From positions 1,354,925-1,418,924 of the forward strand of contig BCIN01000004.1 of assembly GCA_039545335.1 (NCBI GenBank): DNA of 64,000 bases, written 5' to 3'. The notes beneath the pieces were generated by a model. The model worked only from the letters and a program-made list of their open reading frames with translations, was not told the DNA's origin and did no database searches. A program made the translations under genes and the position numbers. Shown one piece after another: positions 13,627-26,000 of this stretch; positions within the stretch are counted from its first letter, which is position 1, and every line of letters starts with the position of its first letter. The stretch is from Kondoa subrosea (lineage: Eukaryota).

Positions 13627-16467
13627 ATGGCTGTTGAACAGGAGAACCCTTTCTTCCCTTCTGCGAATCAAGCAGATCTAGATTTGGCTTCATTGGACAA
13701 TTATGAGGACGAAGTCGCCTGGCTTAACGATGTACTCAGCGGCACATCATTGGACGAAATATCAGAGCAGGCAGAAAGTCTCTTGTCTTTATCTGAACTC
13801 GACACCAAACTCTCTCGTTTGTTGGCTCAACTCGACTCAGCTTGTGCAGAAACTTCAGCACAAGTAGATAGAGCTATTGATGATATCTCTCGTTCTGTAC
13901 CTCGTCTTTCTTTCGATCTTCAGCTCATGCGAGAACACGCTTTGCTTTTGCGGTTCACTTTAGATGGCATTCGGAAACGCTCTTCTTCCCTCTCACAAAA
14001 TGATCCTTCGAACCCTTCCAATGGTGCTTTGGGACCTATGGATCCAAACACATATCAAGTTATGGAAAGATTGCGGGTTTTGGATCTGGTCAAGACGAGA
14101 ATGGAAGCTTCAAGGGAAGTGTTACGTGAAGCAGAAGCCTGGAGTACTTTGGACAGCGAGGTTACGTCCCTCATTAGCGAACAAGCCTATGGGAAAGCCG
14201 CAGATCGATTAGCTGAAGCGTCCAAGAGTATGATTGTCTTTCAAAATACGCCTGAATACGAAGGTCGTCGGGCATTGATGATCAGTTTACAAAATTCGCT
14301 CGAAGCAAGTCTCAGCACTTCTTTGGTCTCTGCTATCAATTCAAGAGATGTCAAAGCTTGCAAATCATATTTTACTTTGTTTGGACAAATACAAAGAGAA
14401 GCAGAGTTTCGGAATTACTACTATGGATCTCGACGAGCACCGATCATCAACAGTTGGAAGAACGCAAATCTCTCTGACTGCTTATCTTCCGCTGCACCTG
14501 CTCTTCCTTCCAGCACTTCCGAGCCAGCGAGTCAATCATTCTCAACTTTCCTTCCACACTTTTATAGCGAAGTCCGACTCATACTGGAAGAAGAACGGTC
14601 TTACGTCTCTTCCATCTTCCCAAATCCTCTCCCTACACTCTCTTCTTTCCTATCATCAACCTTGGATGCCCTCACTCCTTCTTTAACCCAACGTCTATCC
14701 GATTGCGCAGACGTACATGGTCCAGCAACTTTACCAGAACTTATAAAACTTTATCATGCAACAGAGCAATTCGCTCTAGGCGTAGAAAGTATCATGCAAC
14801 GTCTTTCTTCTGCTTCAAATTCTCCTATAGCTACTCCTCTTAATGGACCTACTACTACTACTACATCAGCAAAAGAGAAACGCATGTCCAAAAGAATGTC
14901 GAGAAGGTTATCAGCTCATTCACCTAGTGTCAGTGGAGGATTAGGCTTTATGCCTGAAGAGGAAGATCAACATAATCTAGAAAAAGGAGAAGGAGGTGGA
15001 GGTAGTGGTGAAAGAGAAAGAAGAATAGAAGTAATGGCTTTACCTTGGGAAGTGTCCTTGTTTGAACCGTTCTTGGATTGGCAAGTCGATTATCATGCTC
15101 TGGAAGGTCGATTCTTGGCAGCTAGTGTTTCTGGTGAAGGAGTTTTGGAGAGGTTGCTGGAAAGTACAAGTGCTGCTACTTCGGGAACTCAAGTCAGGAT
15201 CTTTTTGGAAGAAGTGCAAAAAGTGTTTGATGTTTGTGAGGAAGCAATGACGAGGAATGCTGCTTTAACGCATGGATATGGTTCTTTTGGCTGTGTTCAA
15301 GCGATCGATGGAGCTGTTGCGAATCATCTGAAGAAACAGAATGACATTCTGGCCACCGCAAGTAGGAACCAAAAGACTTTAGCTACAGCTTCTCGGAATT
15401 CCAGCTCGCAAGATGCAGACCTGGATGGCCTGGATTACTCAACCGACGACTGGAATTACCTTCAACTTGGTTTGAAACTGCTTGGAGCTTGTCGTCAAGT
15501 AGCCAGAAGACTGGAAGAGTTTGACGGAAGACTCAAATCAAAACTTGCTCTGCATGCTCAGAGTATCCAAACGCCGCGACCTATTATTCCTGGCACAACA
15601 AATGGTGCTATCACCTTGCTCCGGCAGTCCACTCTGTACTCAGCTGAATTATCGACCCTTCTGGAGCAAGCGAACGATGCAAATCATCATCAAACGCTCT
15701 GTCCTTACTCAAAGGCAGCTTCCAGCCAGTTAGCCAAGGCCTGCCAAAGTCTGGTGCACGACACTATAGTTCGACCATTGATTCAAAGCTTGACATCTTA
15801 TGCTACTCTGCCAATCTGGACAGCTTCTGCAGAATCTAGACCAGAAGCCCAAAACGCATATGATCTGAATATGCCAACTTTCTCTTTATCGCCTACAGAA
15901 ATCATGTCTCGCTTGGGAGAAGGTCTCTTCAACTTACCAAGTTTGTTTGAAATCTATTCTGATGACGATGCCCTTTCCGTCTCGCTGGAAACTTTGCCTT
16001 TTGTGGATCCAAGTTACTATCAAGCTATGAAAGCAGCTTCGGTACAAGTGACGCCCAATACGAAGAGACAGTCATCATATGGCAGTATTGGCGAAGGAGA
16101 ACCTCTTTCAGCTAGTACCAGTCAAAGATCAGCCAAAGAGACAGTAAAAGAGAAACAGGAGTCACTAAGCGCAGAAGCGGTTATCTCTGCTTGGCTTTCT
16201 GCGCTCACTCTTACTGTTCTGGCACATCTCACTAGCACTGCTCTACAAGGAATCAAATCTCTGTCGTCTCGCGGATCGAATCAACTTGCGTCCGATCTAG
16301 CTCATATATCGAATGTCGCAAAGGCTTTGGATGTGGAATCTGAAGAGCTGGAAAGATGGAAAGAGGTTGCAGAGATGTCAGATAATGAGGGTAAAAGAAC
16401 TTATGGAGATGAAGGAGAAAAGGATCCAATTTTCTTGCGTATGGCTAAACTCCGAAGGTGGTTTTGA
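13627..16467 (+). CDS. COG7: Conserved oligomeric Golgi complex subunit 7 (intronless, 946 aa)
   Basis: N-terminal WLNDVL...SRSVPRLSFDL, LDLVKTRMEASREVLREAEAWSTL, and C-terminal MPTFSLSPTEIMSRLGEGLFNLP...QLASDLAHISNV are typical of fungal Cog7. Confidence 0.88.
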   Translation: MAVEQENPFFPSANQADLDLASLDNYEDEVAWLNDVLSGTSLDEISEQAESLLSLSELDTKLSRLLAQLDSACAETSAQVDRAIDDISRSVPRLSFDLQLMREHALLLRFTLDGIRKRSSSLSQNDPSNPSNGALGPMDPNTYQVMERLRVLDLVKTRMEASREVLREAEAWSTLDSEVTSLISEQAYGKAADRLAEASKSMIVFQNTPEYEGRRALMISLQNSLEASLSTSLVSAINSRDVKACKSYFTLFGQIQREAEFRNYYYGSRRAPIINSWKNANLSDCLSSAAPALPSSTSEPASQSFSTFLPHFYSEVRLILEEERSYVSSIFPNPLPTLSSFLSSTLDALTPSLTQRLSDCADVHGPATLPELIKLYHATEQFALGVESIMQRLSSASNSPIATPLNGPTTTTTSAKEKRMSKRMSRRLSAHSPSVSGGLGFMPEEEDQHNLEKGEGGGGSGERERRIEVMALPWEVSLFEPFLDWQVDYHALEGRFLAASVSGEGVLERLLESTSAATSGTQVRIFLEEVQKVFDVCEEAMTRNAALTHGYGSFGCVQAIDGAVANHLKKQNDILATASRNQKTLATASRNSSSQDADLDGLDYSTDDWNYLQLGLKLLGACRQVARRLEEFDGRLKSKLALHAQSIQTPRPIIPGTTNGAITLLRQSTLYSAELSTLLEQANDANHHQTLCPYSKAASSQLAKACQSLVHDTIVRPLIQSLTSYATLPIWTASAESRPEAQNAYDLNMPTFSLSPTEIMSRLGEGLFNLPSLFEIYSDDDALSVSLETLPFVDPSYYQAMKAASVQVTPNTKRQSSYGSIGEGEPLSASTSQRSAKETVKEKQESLSAEAVISAWLSALTLTVLAHLTSTALQGIKSLSSRGSNQLASDLAHISNVAKALDVESEELERWKEVAEMSDNEGKRTYGDEGEKDPIFLRMAKLRRWF

Positions 16468-16497
16468 ACAGCATATGTAATATATTGCAAGAACAAG

Positions 16498-18481
16498 TTA
16501 GTAGGGCTGATAGTTTGCCCTTCCGCGACCACTAGATCTGACTGGCCCAGCGCCTCCATCTTCGTTTTGCTATTCATGGTTTCAGCTTCGAAATGTTTTC
16601 AGAAAGAGAGCACTTACTGGCAATCCGAATGGATTATGACCACCTCTTCCTCTGCCTCTCCCGCGATAGCCTTGTCCTCCACCAGGATGATTAGATCCGC
16701 TCGAAGCACTTTGATCGTCACCACCAGATGAACCGGCAGCGCCTTGCATTGCTCCATATCCACCCATGTTCATTCCACCCATTCCCTGCATTCCAGCCAT
16801 ACCCATTCCACCACCCATTTGACCCATCATAGCTGGATTCATCATCATCATGGGGTTCCAATTCGCCCAACCAGCTTGTTTGAAGTATTCAGCCATAGCA
16901 GTAGGATCGAAAGCTGCTCCTCCCATGCCCATTCCGAATGCAGCCATAGGATTGACAGCTGCTTGTGCTGTAGCTATTGGAGCAGCTGTATAACCGCCTC
17001 GACCACCTGATTGTCCATAAGCTCCTCCGCCTCCTCGTCCACCTCTACCTCCTCCATCTCTATCTGGTCTAGGTGCTGATTTCTTGACTTCAACCTGATC
17101 GACAGAAGGAGTGAACCTTGTTAGTACTTTGAGCGCTCTAATATCGACTAGCCACTTTACCTGTTGACCACCAAGATAATGCGGACCAGCATTGATAGCT
17201 TTATCGGTACATTCATCTCCTTTATAAGTAACGAAACCGAAACCACGATGTTCGTTTGTATCTCGGTCCATCATCAAAGTGCAGTCGGATAAAGGACCAA
17301 ACTGTTGGAAATGCTGTTGGAACATTTGTTGCGTTACTGCAAGTGGGATTGATCGAACAAAGAGTTTGTTAGTTCTCATATCTTCTTTCTTTGGAATAGC
17401 TCTTTTTGGGTCAATCTGTTACCGACGACGAAAAAAAATGTCAGAAACAGCATATGGAGAAGATAGATGGTCTTATACTTACGGTCTTACCGTCGAGGAA
17501 ATGTTCTCGAACCATGACTGCATTAACGGCAGCTGGATCTTGGAAAGTAAGAAAAGCGAAACCTCTTGATCTGCCGCTGGAAGGATCGCGCATAATTGTA
17601 CATTCGGTAACGTGTCCAAATTGCTCAAAGTAGTTAGCCAGGCCATCTTAATCTTTCAAGTTAGCATGAAGCGTGCTGCTCAAAAGAGGCATGCGAATGT
17701 ACCATCATCTGTGTCCCAATTCAGACCACCGATGAACATCTTGCTGTTGAAATGAACGAAAGCATGGTTGTAATCAATGATTAGGTTGACGTTTTCAATG
17801 CATTTGATAGCAATATGATTGTATATGAATATGTAGAAAAAGGAAAGAAAAAAGCGTTACAGCAAGTTAGCTCAACTATTCTGTATGTAATAGAAATGTA
17901 CTACACAAGAGTGTGTGAAGAGAAGAAATAAAGCCAGCTAAATGATAGGACAAAGCAGCTACACAACCATCACAAAGCTAGAACAGAGCATATACGATAT
18001 GGGACTGAAGAGGAAGGGAAACTTGCCCATCTTCTGATCCTCCACCAGCTCCTCGGTTTCCACTGTTACCATATGGGTTGCTGACAGCGGAACCATAACC
18101 ACCTCGAGAAGATTGCTGCTGATAATTTGATTGCGCATATGAAGGTTCACCTGTTCTGCCGTCTTCCCAGGTAGGTATAGACTGCACAGGGGCGGCATAC
18201 GAAGAAGACGAGGACGCTCCTCCGTAGGCTCGCGAGTCTTGGCTTGTATCGGGTTTCGAAGATTGCTGGGAAGTCGCTGTACTTGTTGTCGTTGCAGGGG
18301 TAGCCGTCGTGCTCGCAATAGCTGATACAGCGGGCTCAGATTCTTCTGGCTTGACTTCTACTTCGTCCTCTGCTCCACCGTCTGTACAAATGCACAGCAT
18401 TACTCTGGCATTTCTCGCTAACACGTTTGAAATTGACTAACACAGGTCAGCGTACAAATCCTGATCGTCCTGAGCGCTCAT
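16498..18481 (-). CDS. HRP1: Two-RRM RNA-binding protein, Hrp1/Musashi/hnRNP A-D family
   Basis: MSAQDDQDLYADL start; RRM1 KMFIGGLNWDTDD...RSRGFAFLTF...KQIDPKRAIP; RRM2 KLFVRSIP...HRGFGFVTY; Gly/Met-rich tail ending NYQPY (PY-NLS-like). Confidence 0.85.
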
Positions 18482-19172
18482 GGTGGTCTGTATGTAAGGC
18501 TAAGGGCGTGTATACAGCTGAAAAGAGGGCCAAAGTGGTCGATTCGAGAAAACAAAGGAAACCGGTTTTGGAGCAGAGCAAGCAAAGTAATGTGGCTAGC
18601 ATGGCCGAATCTAGAAAGCTCTGCTTGTGCTGCTGCTGCGTGTTGATCGTCTCGTTATCCTGGATCCGTCTGCTATAATGCTGTTCCTTCCTTCCCTTTG
18701 TGCGAGCAACGTTGACGGCGCTCGTCGGTGTTGCCTGATCTGTCCCTGCTGCCACTTGTCTGCGCAACTATGTAATTCTGGTGTTACTTTTCGCTTCATT
18801 CTATCACTTCTGTTATGAGCATGTCAAAGCATGCCGTTACTTCGACCTGATGGTCGAGCTGATGATTTTCGACACTGGTACATTCTGTGTGATGCACGTC
18901 GCTGAATGTTTAGCTACCTGAACCCATACGGTAGTGCTTCTACCTCAAACACTGCCTCTGGTGCTAAAGATGACACATTCCAATTGGCTTTCGGGGAGTC
19001 GGACGGTCGGCGACGAGCTTCGGACTGGCTGTGCCATAGCATCTGTACAAGTACGATATCTCTGTCCTCTTCCCTCCTCTTATCAGCTTATTACGGGTTT
19101 TTTTTTTAACTTGAGGACTACAATCCGTTTCCCTCTTATTGTCTATCTATCCTTTTCATTTAAGAAAACATC

Positions 19173-20479
19173 ATGGCTGATTTCAATTCTTGTCTTCAAA
19201 ACAATACCGCGGTTGGCAGTACCAATATATGTACGAGCCAGATAGAATGGGTTTCCTGCATGTGCATCTTTCAACATGAAATCGTCAAGCTTATGCTCCT
19301 CACATAGATGGCTACGAAATCAACAAAGTTTCTTGCTACGTCTTCATCAGTATCTTCGTAATCAGTACAGTTCTTCATTTGGGACAAGCGATCAAGTTCA
19401 GAGTCAGTCTTCTTACCTTTTATAGATAACCTCGCTGAACCTATCGATAGACTTGGTCATTCCTATGGACTGCTATGGTATGCGCAGCTCTGGAAACAGC
19501 AGGCTGGGCTAGTCCGATCGAATTGCTATGGCAGAACTAGTCTAACAGGCTTGGAATGACAGGGCGGCAGACTGCTCAGTGCAACGACTCAAGAATGGTA
19601 TCCAGAACAAGGAGGTTACTGGGCAGCTTCCTCCGACTCTGGCTTTATGCTTCAAATCTGCGCCTTGATCTTTGCGCCGGCCTATTTATGTGCTGCAATG
19701 TACATCGCTCTCGGTTGGACAATCAATCACTTGGTGGCCAGCTACTCTCCTCTGACACCACGCAAATACCTGATCCTCTTTGTCTCTGGAGACTTGCTCT
19801 CCTTAATCATTCAATCAATTGAATGAGCCCTGGCATCTATTTCGAACACTCAAAACGCAGCGTTAGTGCATTTCTTTTCTCTATATGATCTGATAAGCTG
19901 ATTCTTCTAAGCAGAGATGTTGGTGCACGCATCATGTTGGTCGGCATCATCTTCCAGCTCGTTGTCATGGCTGGATTCTTTACCGTCTTTGGGCTATTCG
20001 TCGCTCGGTTACGCACAGGACATGTGGAGGAAGAAGGTCTTAAATATGAACGCAAGCCATCACTTCTCCTTCTTGGCATTTTTTCGATTACGATTTTCAT
20101 CTTTGTGCGATCGGCTTACGTAAGCTGTTATCTTTCGCTTCTTTGCATTGATTTTCATACCTTTTGTGCGGCTTCAGAGAGTAGCTGAGCTCAGTCAAGG
20201 ATGGGACAGCCATATCATTCACAACCAAGGCTTGTTCATCTTCTTGGACGGTAGCATGATGGTGGGCCCTTGCTCTTTAAGTGTCTCTCTGACATCTCTG
20301 ACTACATCTTGTAGGTGCTGGCTATGCTTCTCTCGAATTTATTTCACCCTGGCATGTTACTTCCCAGAGGTAGCAACCATCTCAAGGCAATATTACAAAA
20401 ATACTCACCTACAAGGACAAATGGCGATGTTGGAATGGAAACCCTCATGTCAAGCGTGAGCATAAGGCAGATGGCGTGA
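19173..20479 (+). pseudogene. RTA1-like (Rta1/Rsb1) multi-pass membrane protein carrying one in-frame premature stop
   Basis: Spliced translation has YGYE..., LHLGQAIKFR, ALETAGW..GR, LIFAPAYLCAAMYIALG, TPRKYLILFVSGDLLSLIIQSI-E-TGA(19824-26)-ALAS, IMLVGIIFQL, IFVRSAY.RVAELSQGW, FLDGSMM and NLFHPG. All RTA1 hallmarks are present, but the conserved Q.IGG is replaced by Q.IE*. Confidence 0.8.
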
Positions 20480-20828
20480 GCTCTAGAGGACGAATACATT
20501 TAGGAAGGAGTGCGGACAATCATGTGTACTTGTCATTTGGCATCAATAAACACGATCAGTCTCATCGCATAGCATCAGCCTACTTGGTGACCACAGTCTC
20601 GTTCGACGACCTTTAGACTTGCAGAACGACATCGGGCCTGCGCTTTCATGATTTCGACAATCATTGCCGCTAAGGAAGTTTCACAAAACCAGACAAGTTC
20701 CGCGTCTAGCAGCAAAATCAACAGAAGTGTGTTCTAGAACATGTATAAGATAAGAAAGTGGTAGCACAGCAACCAAATCGAGAGGCAGCGGAACGTAGAA
20801 AGCCTTGGACAAGGCATGGCAGATAAAA

Positions 20829-22529
20829 CTAATAGGGCCTAATGCCTAGCTTGAGTGATAGCCATTTCTTCCAGGAATCGTTCTCGATTGCAGGTGCAGC
20901 TTCGGCTTGAGAGTTACTTCGCAATTCTGCTTTCGCCAGGTGATAGCGCTTGATCTGGTCTTTTGATGTACGAGAGACAAGCGCTTTCTGATACCAGATC
21001 ACGGAATGGAATTGTCCAAACTTGATATATTGGTCGGTCTGTTTTGTCGCTTGTTGCAAATGATGAGCCAAGAGCGAGAAGCAATACTCACCTCTGTGTA
21101 AGCTCGTTCAAAACCGAGCGTGTCCTCTACGATGCGACGTAGTTTCATATCTTCCAATGGCATGGCAGCTGAAAGATTAGTCAGCTATGATGCATATATG
21201 ATATGGGCTGTTGCAGTATTTTGTGACTGACTATTCAGATGTCCCAGCTTGAGATCGCCTGAATCTTCATTGGCCTGAGAGAGCAGAGCCCAAATCCGAG
21301 AAATTACGTCGACTGTCTTCAATTGATCTGGAATATTCATCCATAAAAGGCCGTGATTAGGTCAGAGCAAGGCAATCGTATCTGATGCAATGAAAGATAG
21401 CGGTAGTCACTTACAGCACAACTCTGGCCGGATCCGGACGTCCCCAGCGCGTGATTCCAGCTGAGCCGACGTATTCACTTGAATGACTATCGCGTATCAG
21501 AACTCTGAAAGATTTGTACTGTGCTTTGACCACGCGAAGTTTGTCCTGGATCTCAATTGCATATGGTTCGTGCCGCGCTGGCCACAAGGTTTTGGTAATC
21601 TGCCTGTGCGGTCAATCACTTGTTCGCATATATCTGGGTATACAAATTACCATATAATCGTTTAACTTGCTAGTAGTAACGTCATAGGTATTCCAGATGT
21701 AGTCCAACTTTTCCGGATGAATCTTGTGCAAGATCTTTTCGAAAGCAGCATTGCTGGCTATAGGATCTGGCCAACATTGATCGCGAACATCTGGTCTAGG
21801 CTACGGTATAATCAGTTTCGAACGATGCAAAATCATCGACAGTATCACCCCACCCCGACAATCTTCTCAAAATAGAGCATGTCGACAAGTTGGTTGGCTG
21901 TAGCATACGAAGATGAAAGTTGTCCAACATTACGAAAGCCAGCCTCGAGACATGCATTGATCGAACCAGCTGTTAGAAGCACAAGTGAAGTAGAATTAGG
22001 ATAAGGGCGAGGAGCCTGACCATTTGTTGCAGGCGTTTTTGCTGGATATTTTGTTGCTTTATTGACAAGCCACTCAGCTCAAAAGGTGACATACCATAGA
22101 TCGCTCGAAGTTCCTTTCTTTTTGTCAGTGGATCCTTTATCAAAGCCTTCCAAAGCTGCGTAGCGATTGCTTGGCGATGTACTTCTGGCTTGACAAGACA
22201 ATAAGCCTCGGCAATACTACGAGAGAATGTCAGTTTATTTTCGACTTAGGTTGTATTGGATCGCACTGTGGGTTTGTAATGAAGGCGTAATATTCGAAAT
22301 TTTGCGGCGTGAGGGCTGCGAATCCAACCAGCAGATCATTTCGAAGAGCTACGAGAACCGGCCAACCAAGTTGCCTAAGCTTGGCCTGACATTGAATGTC
22401 ACACTTGTCATCTAATTCGTTTGCGATCCAGCCTTTTAAATCTGGATGTTTTGCTATACACTCGTCCAAGATTAAGTCGACAGCATCTTCGTCAGAGTCT
22501 TCAACATATCGAATTGTTAGACTGTCCAT
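20829..22529 (-). CDS. Putative tandem (two-domain) GNAT acetyltransferase, distantly phosphinothricin-acetyltransferase/YncA-like
   Basis: Domain 1: LTIRYVEDSD...GWPVLVALRNDLLVGFAAL...GSINACLEAGFRNVGQL...QLVDMLYFEK. Domain 2 ends VEDTLGFER...YIKFGQFHSVIWYQKAL. These resemble the PAT-type motifs PFLVA..DG.VVGYA, S..LH..LGF..VG and KFG.W.DV.W.Q. Multi-exon. Confidence 0.6.
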
Positions 22530-23053
22530 GCGCAAGCTGATTCGAAAGCAGGAAGATCATGAAACTGACATGTAGCGTTTTACACATTGCCTAGCCCGGA
22601 CTAGACATGCAGAAATACACTGCTTGGACTGACGCCGCAACACAGCATGAAGACATCAGACCCGGACAGAAGTACAAATACAGCGCTTGTTGACAAACAG
22701 CAGTTTTGCACCGCCGAGACACGAAGGCGAAGAGAGAGAAACAAAAGGCAAACCAAATTGAGGCTCAGGGACAAAACCTACTCATTGAGAAGATGAAGAC
22801 TGTACTGCGGGGCTAACACCGCATATCTTGGAGGCCGCTAAGTGATTTGTACGCCGCAAACAATTTGCCAAGTGATGGGAAGGAATGTAGGTGTATGATC
22901 ACGAATTTACGAAGAAGCTTGCGAAAACGGACAATCTTCTCCTTGGAATGCCAAAATACTAATTAGGATGACTTTACGTAATGAGATGTCTTGCATACCT
23001 GTTCGCGAATGTCCGCTCCAGTTCAGAGACACATCAAGAGCACCTTTGATTCT

Positions 23054-26000
23054 TCATTGTACAGTTATGTTATACTTGAGGAGTGCCCCTTGAATAGCGA
23101 TATCATCAAACCTCTTCCTAAGCTCTTCATTCTCGTTCGATAGATTCTCTTTCTTTGAAGCCTATCGACAGGTCTTGATTTAGTAGCAAATCTGTTGAGA
23201 CAGCAACTCACGATGTAATGCAAAACCGAAATGAAATGCCTCGTTACTGCATCCGGGGACCCTACTCCTTCGATCAAACCAGAGGAGGCGCCTGCTGGTG
23301 CTGTTTGCATATCATTCAGCGAGATATTGTCGATGTTTGCTGTGATCAAGTCGACCAGGCTATTGATATGCTTGGGAGTAATCTAAGATGATAGAGTCAG
23401 CATGGTCATCACAAATCGAAGTGACGGCTCACTGCTTCAACAGAACGCTCAAAGTAATACAAATGTTGTTCCAGCGCATCGACGTATAATTGAACGGTCG
23501 TCAGCTCGTCGATGCATGTCGCAGCTATTCGAAGCGATTTCTGGAGACATTCCAGTACTCGTGGACCATCGCGAACAAGAGGCTATAATAAGTCTGTCAA
23601 TCAGGAAAAGATCGAGCTAGATTGACAACCGCACCTTCTCATCTTTAGCAGAATCTCTACCAGGGATCTCTGTTTGCCACCAAAGATGCGACGCGAGCGC
23701 AACAGCGGTTGCTTGATGACCTTTCTTCAAAAGTTTGGCTCCGTGTAAAGCAGCTTTCGTTATCAGGGTGTCGTAATTGTCGCCAGAAAAGACCCGAGTT
23801 TGCTGCAGAGTGTTTATGATCAAGGTAATAGCTCTTAGCTGCGCTCGAGACTCGCTAATTGACTCCTCGTAGATCGTGAATGCCTATCAGACCCTGGTAA
23901 GCAAATATTGAACAGCGAAAATTTGGCATAACGAACCTGCACAGCGAATTCGTATGCTAGACCTTCCACTCCGGTATCATCTGCAGCTTGAAGGGCAAGC
24001 AAGTACAACCTCAAGCAAATCTCTGATGATTCCACTCTGTTGTAAAGGATAGAAGTGACTTGATGAATGAAGCGGAAGAGGGTGTTGAGCTTGCTTTCGA
24101 AATCTGCCAAGTAATGCTCTCGATACTTGTAGCGTCTTGCTAGATGTAGTGAAGCTGTTATTAGAGGCGGGAAAGTCCATCTGATCCTATCACCGCCCTC
24201 TGCGAATTCTTTTCGAGCTGTTTGAAGAAGCTGTTTATCGAGACCGAGACCATCAGCTCATAGCTAGTCTCGTCAAGTTTCGACGTACCGCAAATTGTTG
24301 ATCCAAATCATCAGACTTGAACAAGTGAATCATCCTTGCTAGCCAGCCTTGTTCTTCAGCTGCTTCTTCCATGTCAAGTTGACTAGCTTGAGGTTGTCTT
24401 CCGACAGAACTATACCCTCTGCTCATACCGGGATGACCAGAAGGCATACCTACACCGGCATCGCGCTGATCTTTGACCAGAACATGACATAAATCAAGCA
24501 CTGCTTTCACATCTTCTGGTGTGGAAATGACTGTATCGTTCTTGAGTACTGATCCGACTACAGCATGCGCGATAGCTTTTCTAGTAGAATACGGTTGAGC
24601 TCGAAGAAGTTCTTGATAATTTGGTAGAGCGAAAAGAGTTAAGATGTTGGTATAGGTATTGATAGGAGCAAGGAGTAGAGCAAGAAGGTTTTGAGTGGTT
24701 TGAGAGTGATGAAGGTCGGAGCTATCAGCGTATTCTTGAACTTTAGCTTTTGCGAAACCAAGTACTTGTCCGACATATTCAAGTCGGTCCGGATAGCACG
24801 AGAGCGAGAGGTTGACTAAAGACACTAAAAGAGCTGTGACATCTTGTATCGAAAGATCAGGTCGAGCCTGTGGAAGGAAAATTAGTCGACATAAAGCGTG
24901 AACAGCAACAACCTCACCTTGACCAACTCGACCACTTGATGCCAGAAGACTTCAAAGAGCTTAACATCTTCAGGTATCCCACGGAACTTTCGAGTCTCTT
25001 CTTCCTCTTTCTCCGTACTACTGCTTGCTGCTTTCTCTCCTGCATCAACTTCCTTCTCCTCCGTAACTCCATTCTCCTCGCTTTTCTCATTTATACCGTT
25101 CTGAGCAAGCTTCTCTCTCTGTTCCTCAACTTTGGCAGCTAAACGTTTCGCACTTTCTTCCTCCCTTTTCTTTGCTTCTTCAGGAGAATCATTTTCCGCT
25201 TCTCTGGCTGCGTATGCTGCTAAGCGATCAATAAGAGCAATGACGATTTGTTTGATATTGACTTTGGGGTGAAGTTGAGCTGTTGCAGAGAGGAAAGGAC
25301 CTAAAGTGCGCAAATGGAAATCATCTGTGAATACCTGTTGCAAGCATTATTATCGTCAGTCGCTTTAATTAACACGCATGATAGAGTCTAATTACCTGAA
25401 TAACTACTTCCATCAAGTATTCTTGTGCGACGACATCTTTGCAGTTGACTACTTGCTCCAGAATCGAAGGTAAGATTATAGTGCGATAAGTTTCCAGATC
25501 GACTCCATCCAGTTGACTTAAGCGAACTAGATTTGTGCCTACTAGAATTCGAAGTTCTTTGCGTTCCATTTCTCGCTTTTCTCGATCGCGCGTTAAACCT
25601 TGATGTTGTAATCGAACCTGTGTCATTCAAATATCAAGCTTTCGGTCCTGCTATAGGCTTGTAGTACGCACATGTAGCTTATCTATGGGTTAACAACAAG
25701 TTTGTGAGCGGGAACGACGCAATTGACGTTGACAACCCACTCATTTCTATGAAATTCGTCAAAACGAAACCGATTGAATCTTGCAAACAACCACCAGGAC
25801 CATCCTCCATCGCAACGGGTAAATGATCTCTCGTCATACCCGAAAGGTAATGCCTGAGAAACAAGCCTCTAGTAGGATGTTGCACTCCTCTTGTCATTTC
25901 CATCATATCTTTCATGATTTCTTTGATTGGTGCTTCAGGTATAGACATGTAGACTGTTCCTACTGTGATCATAAGGTATAGACGAGGTACCTATTAGCTC

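Noticed and set aside
18906..19109. ORF MFSYLNPYGSASTS... upstream of the RTA1-like gene
   Set aside because: It could be a uORF or a gene fragment, but no downstream exon or homology is visible.
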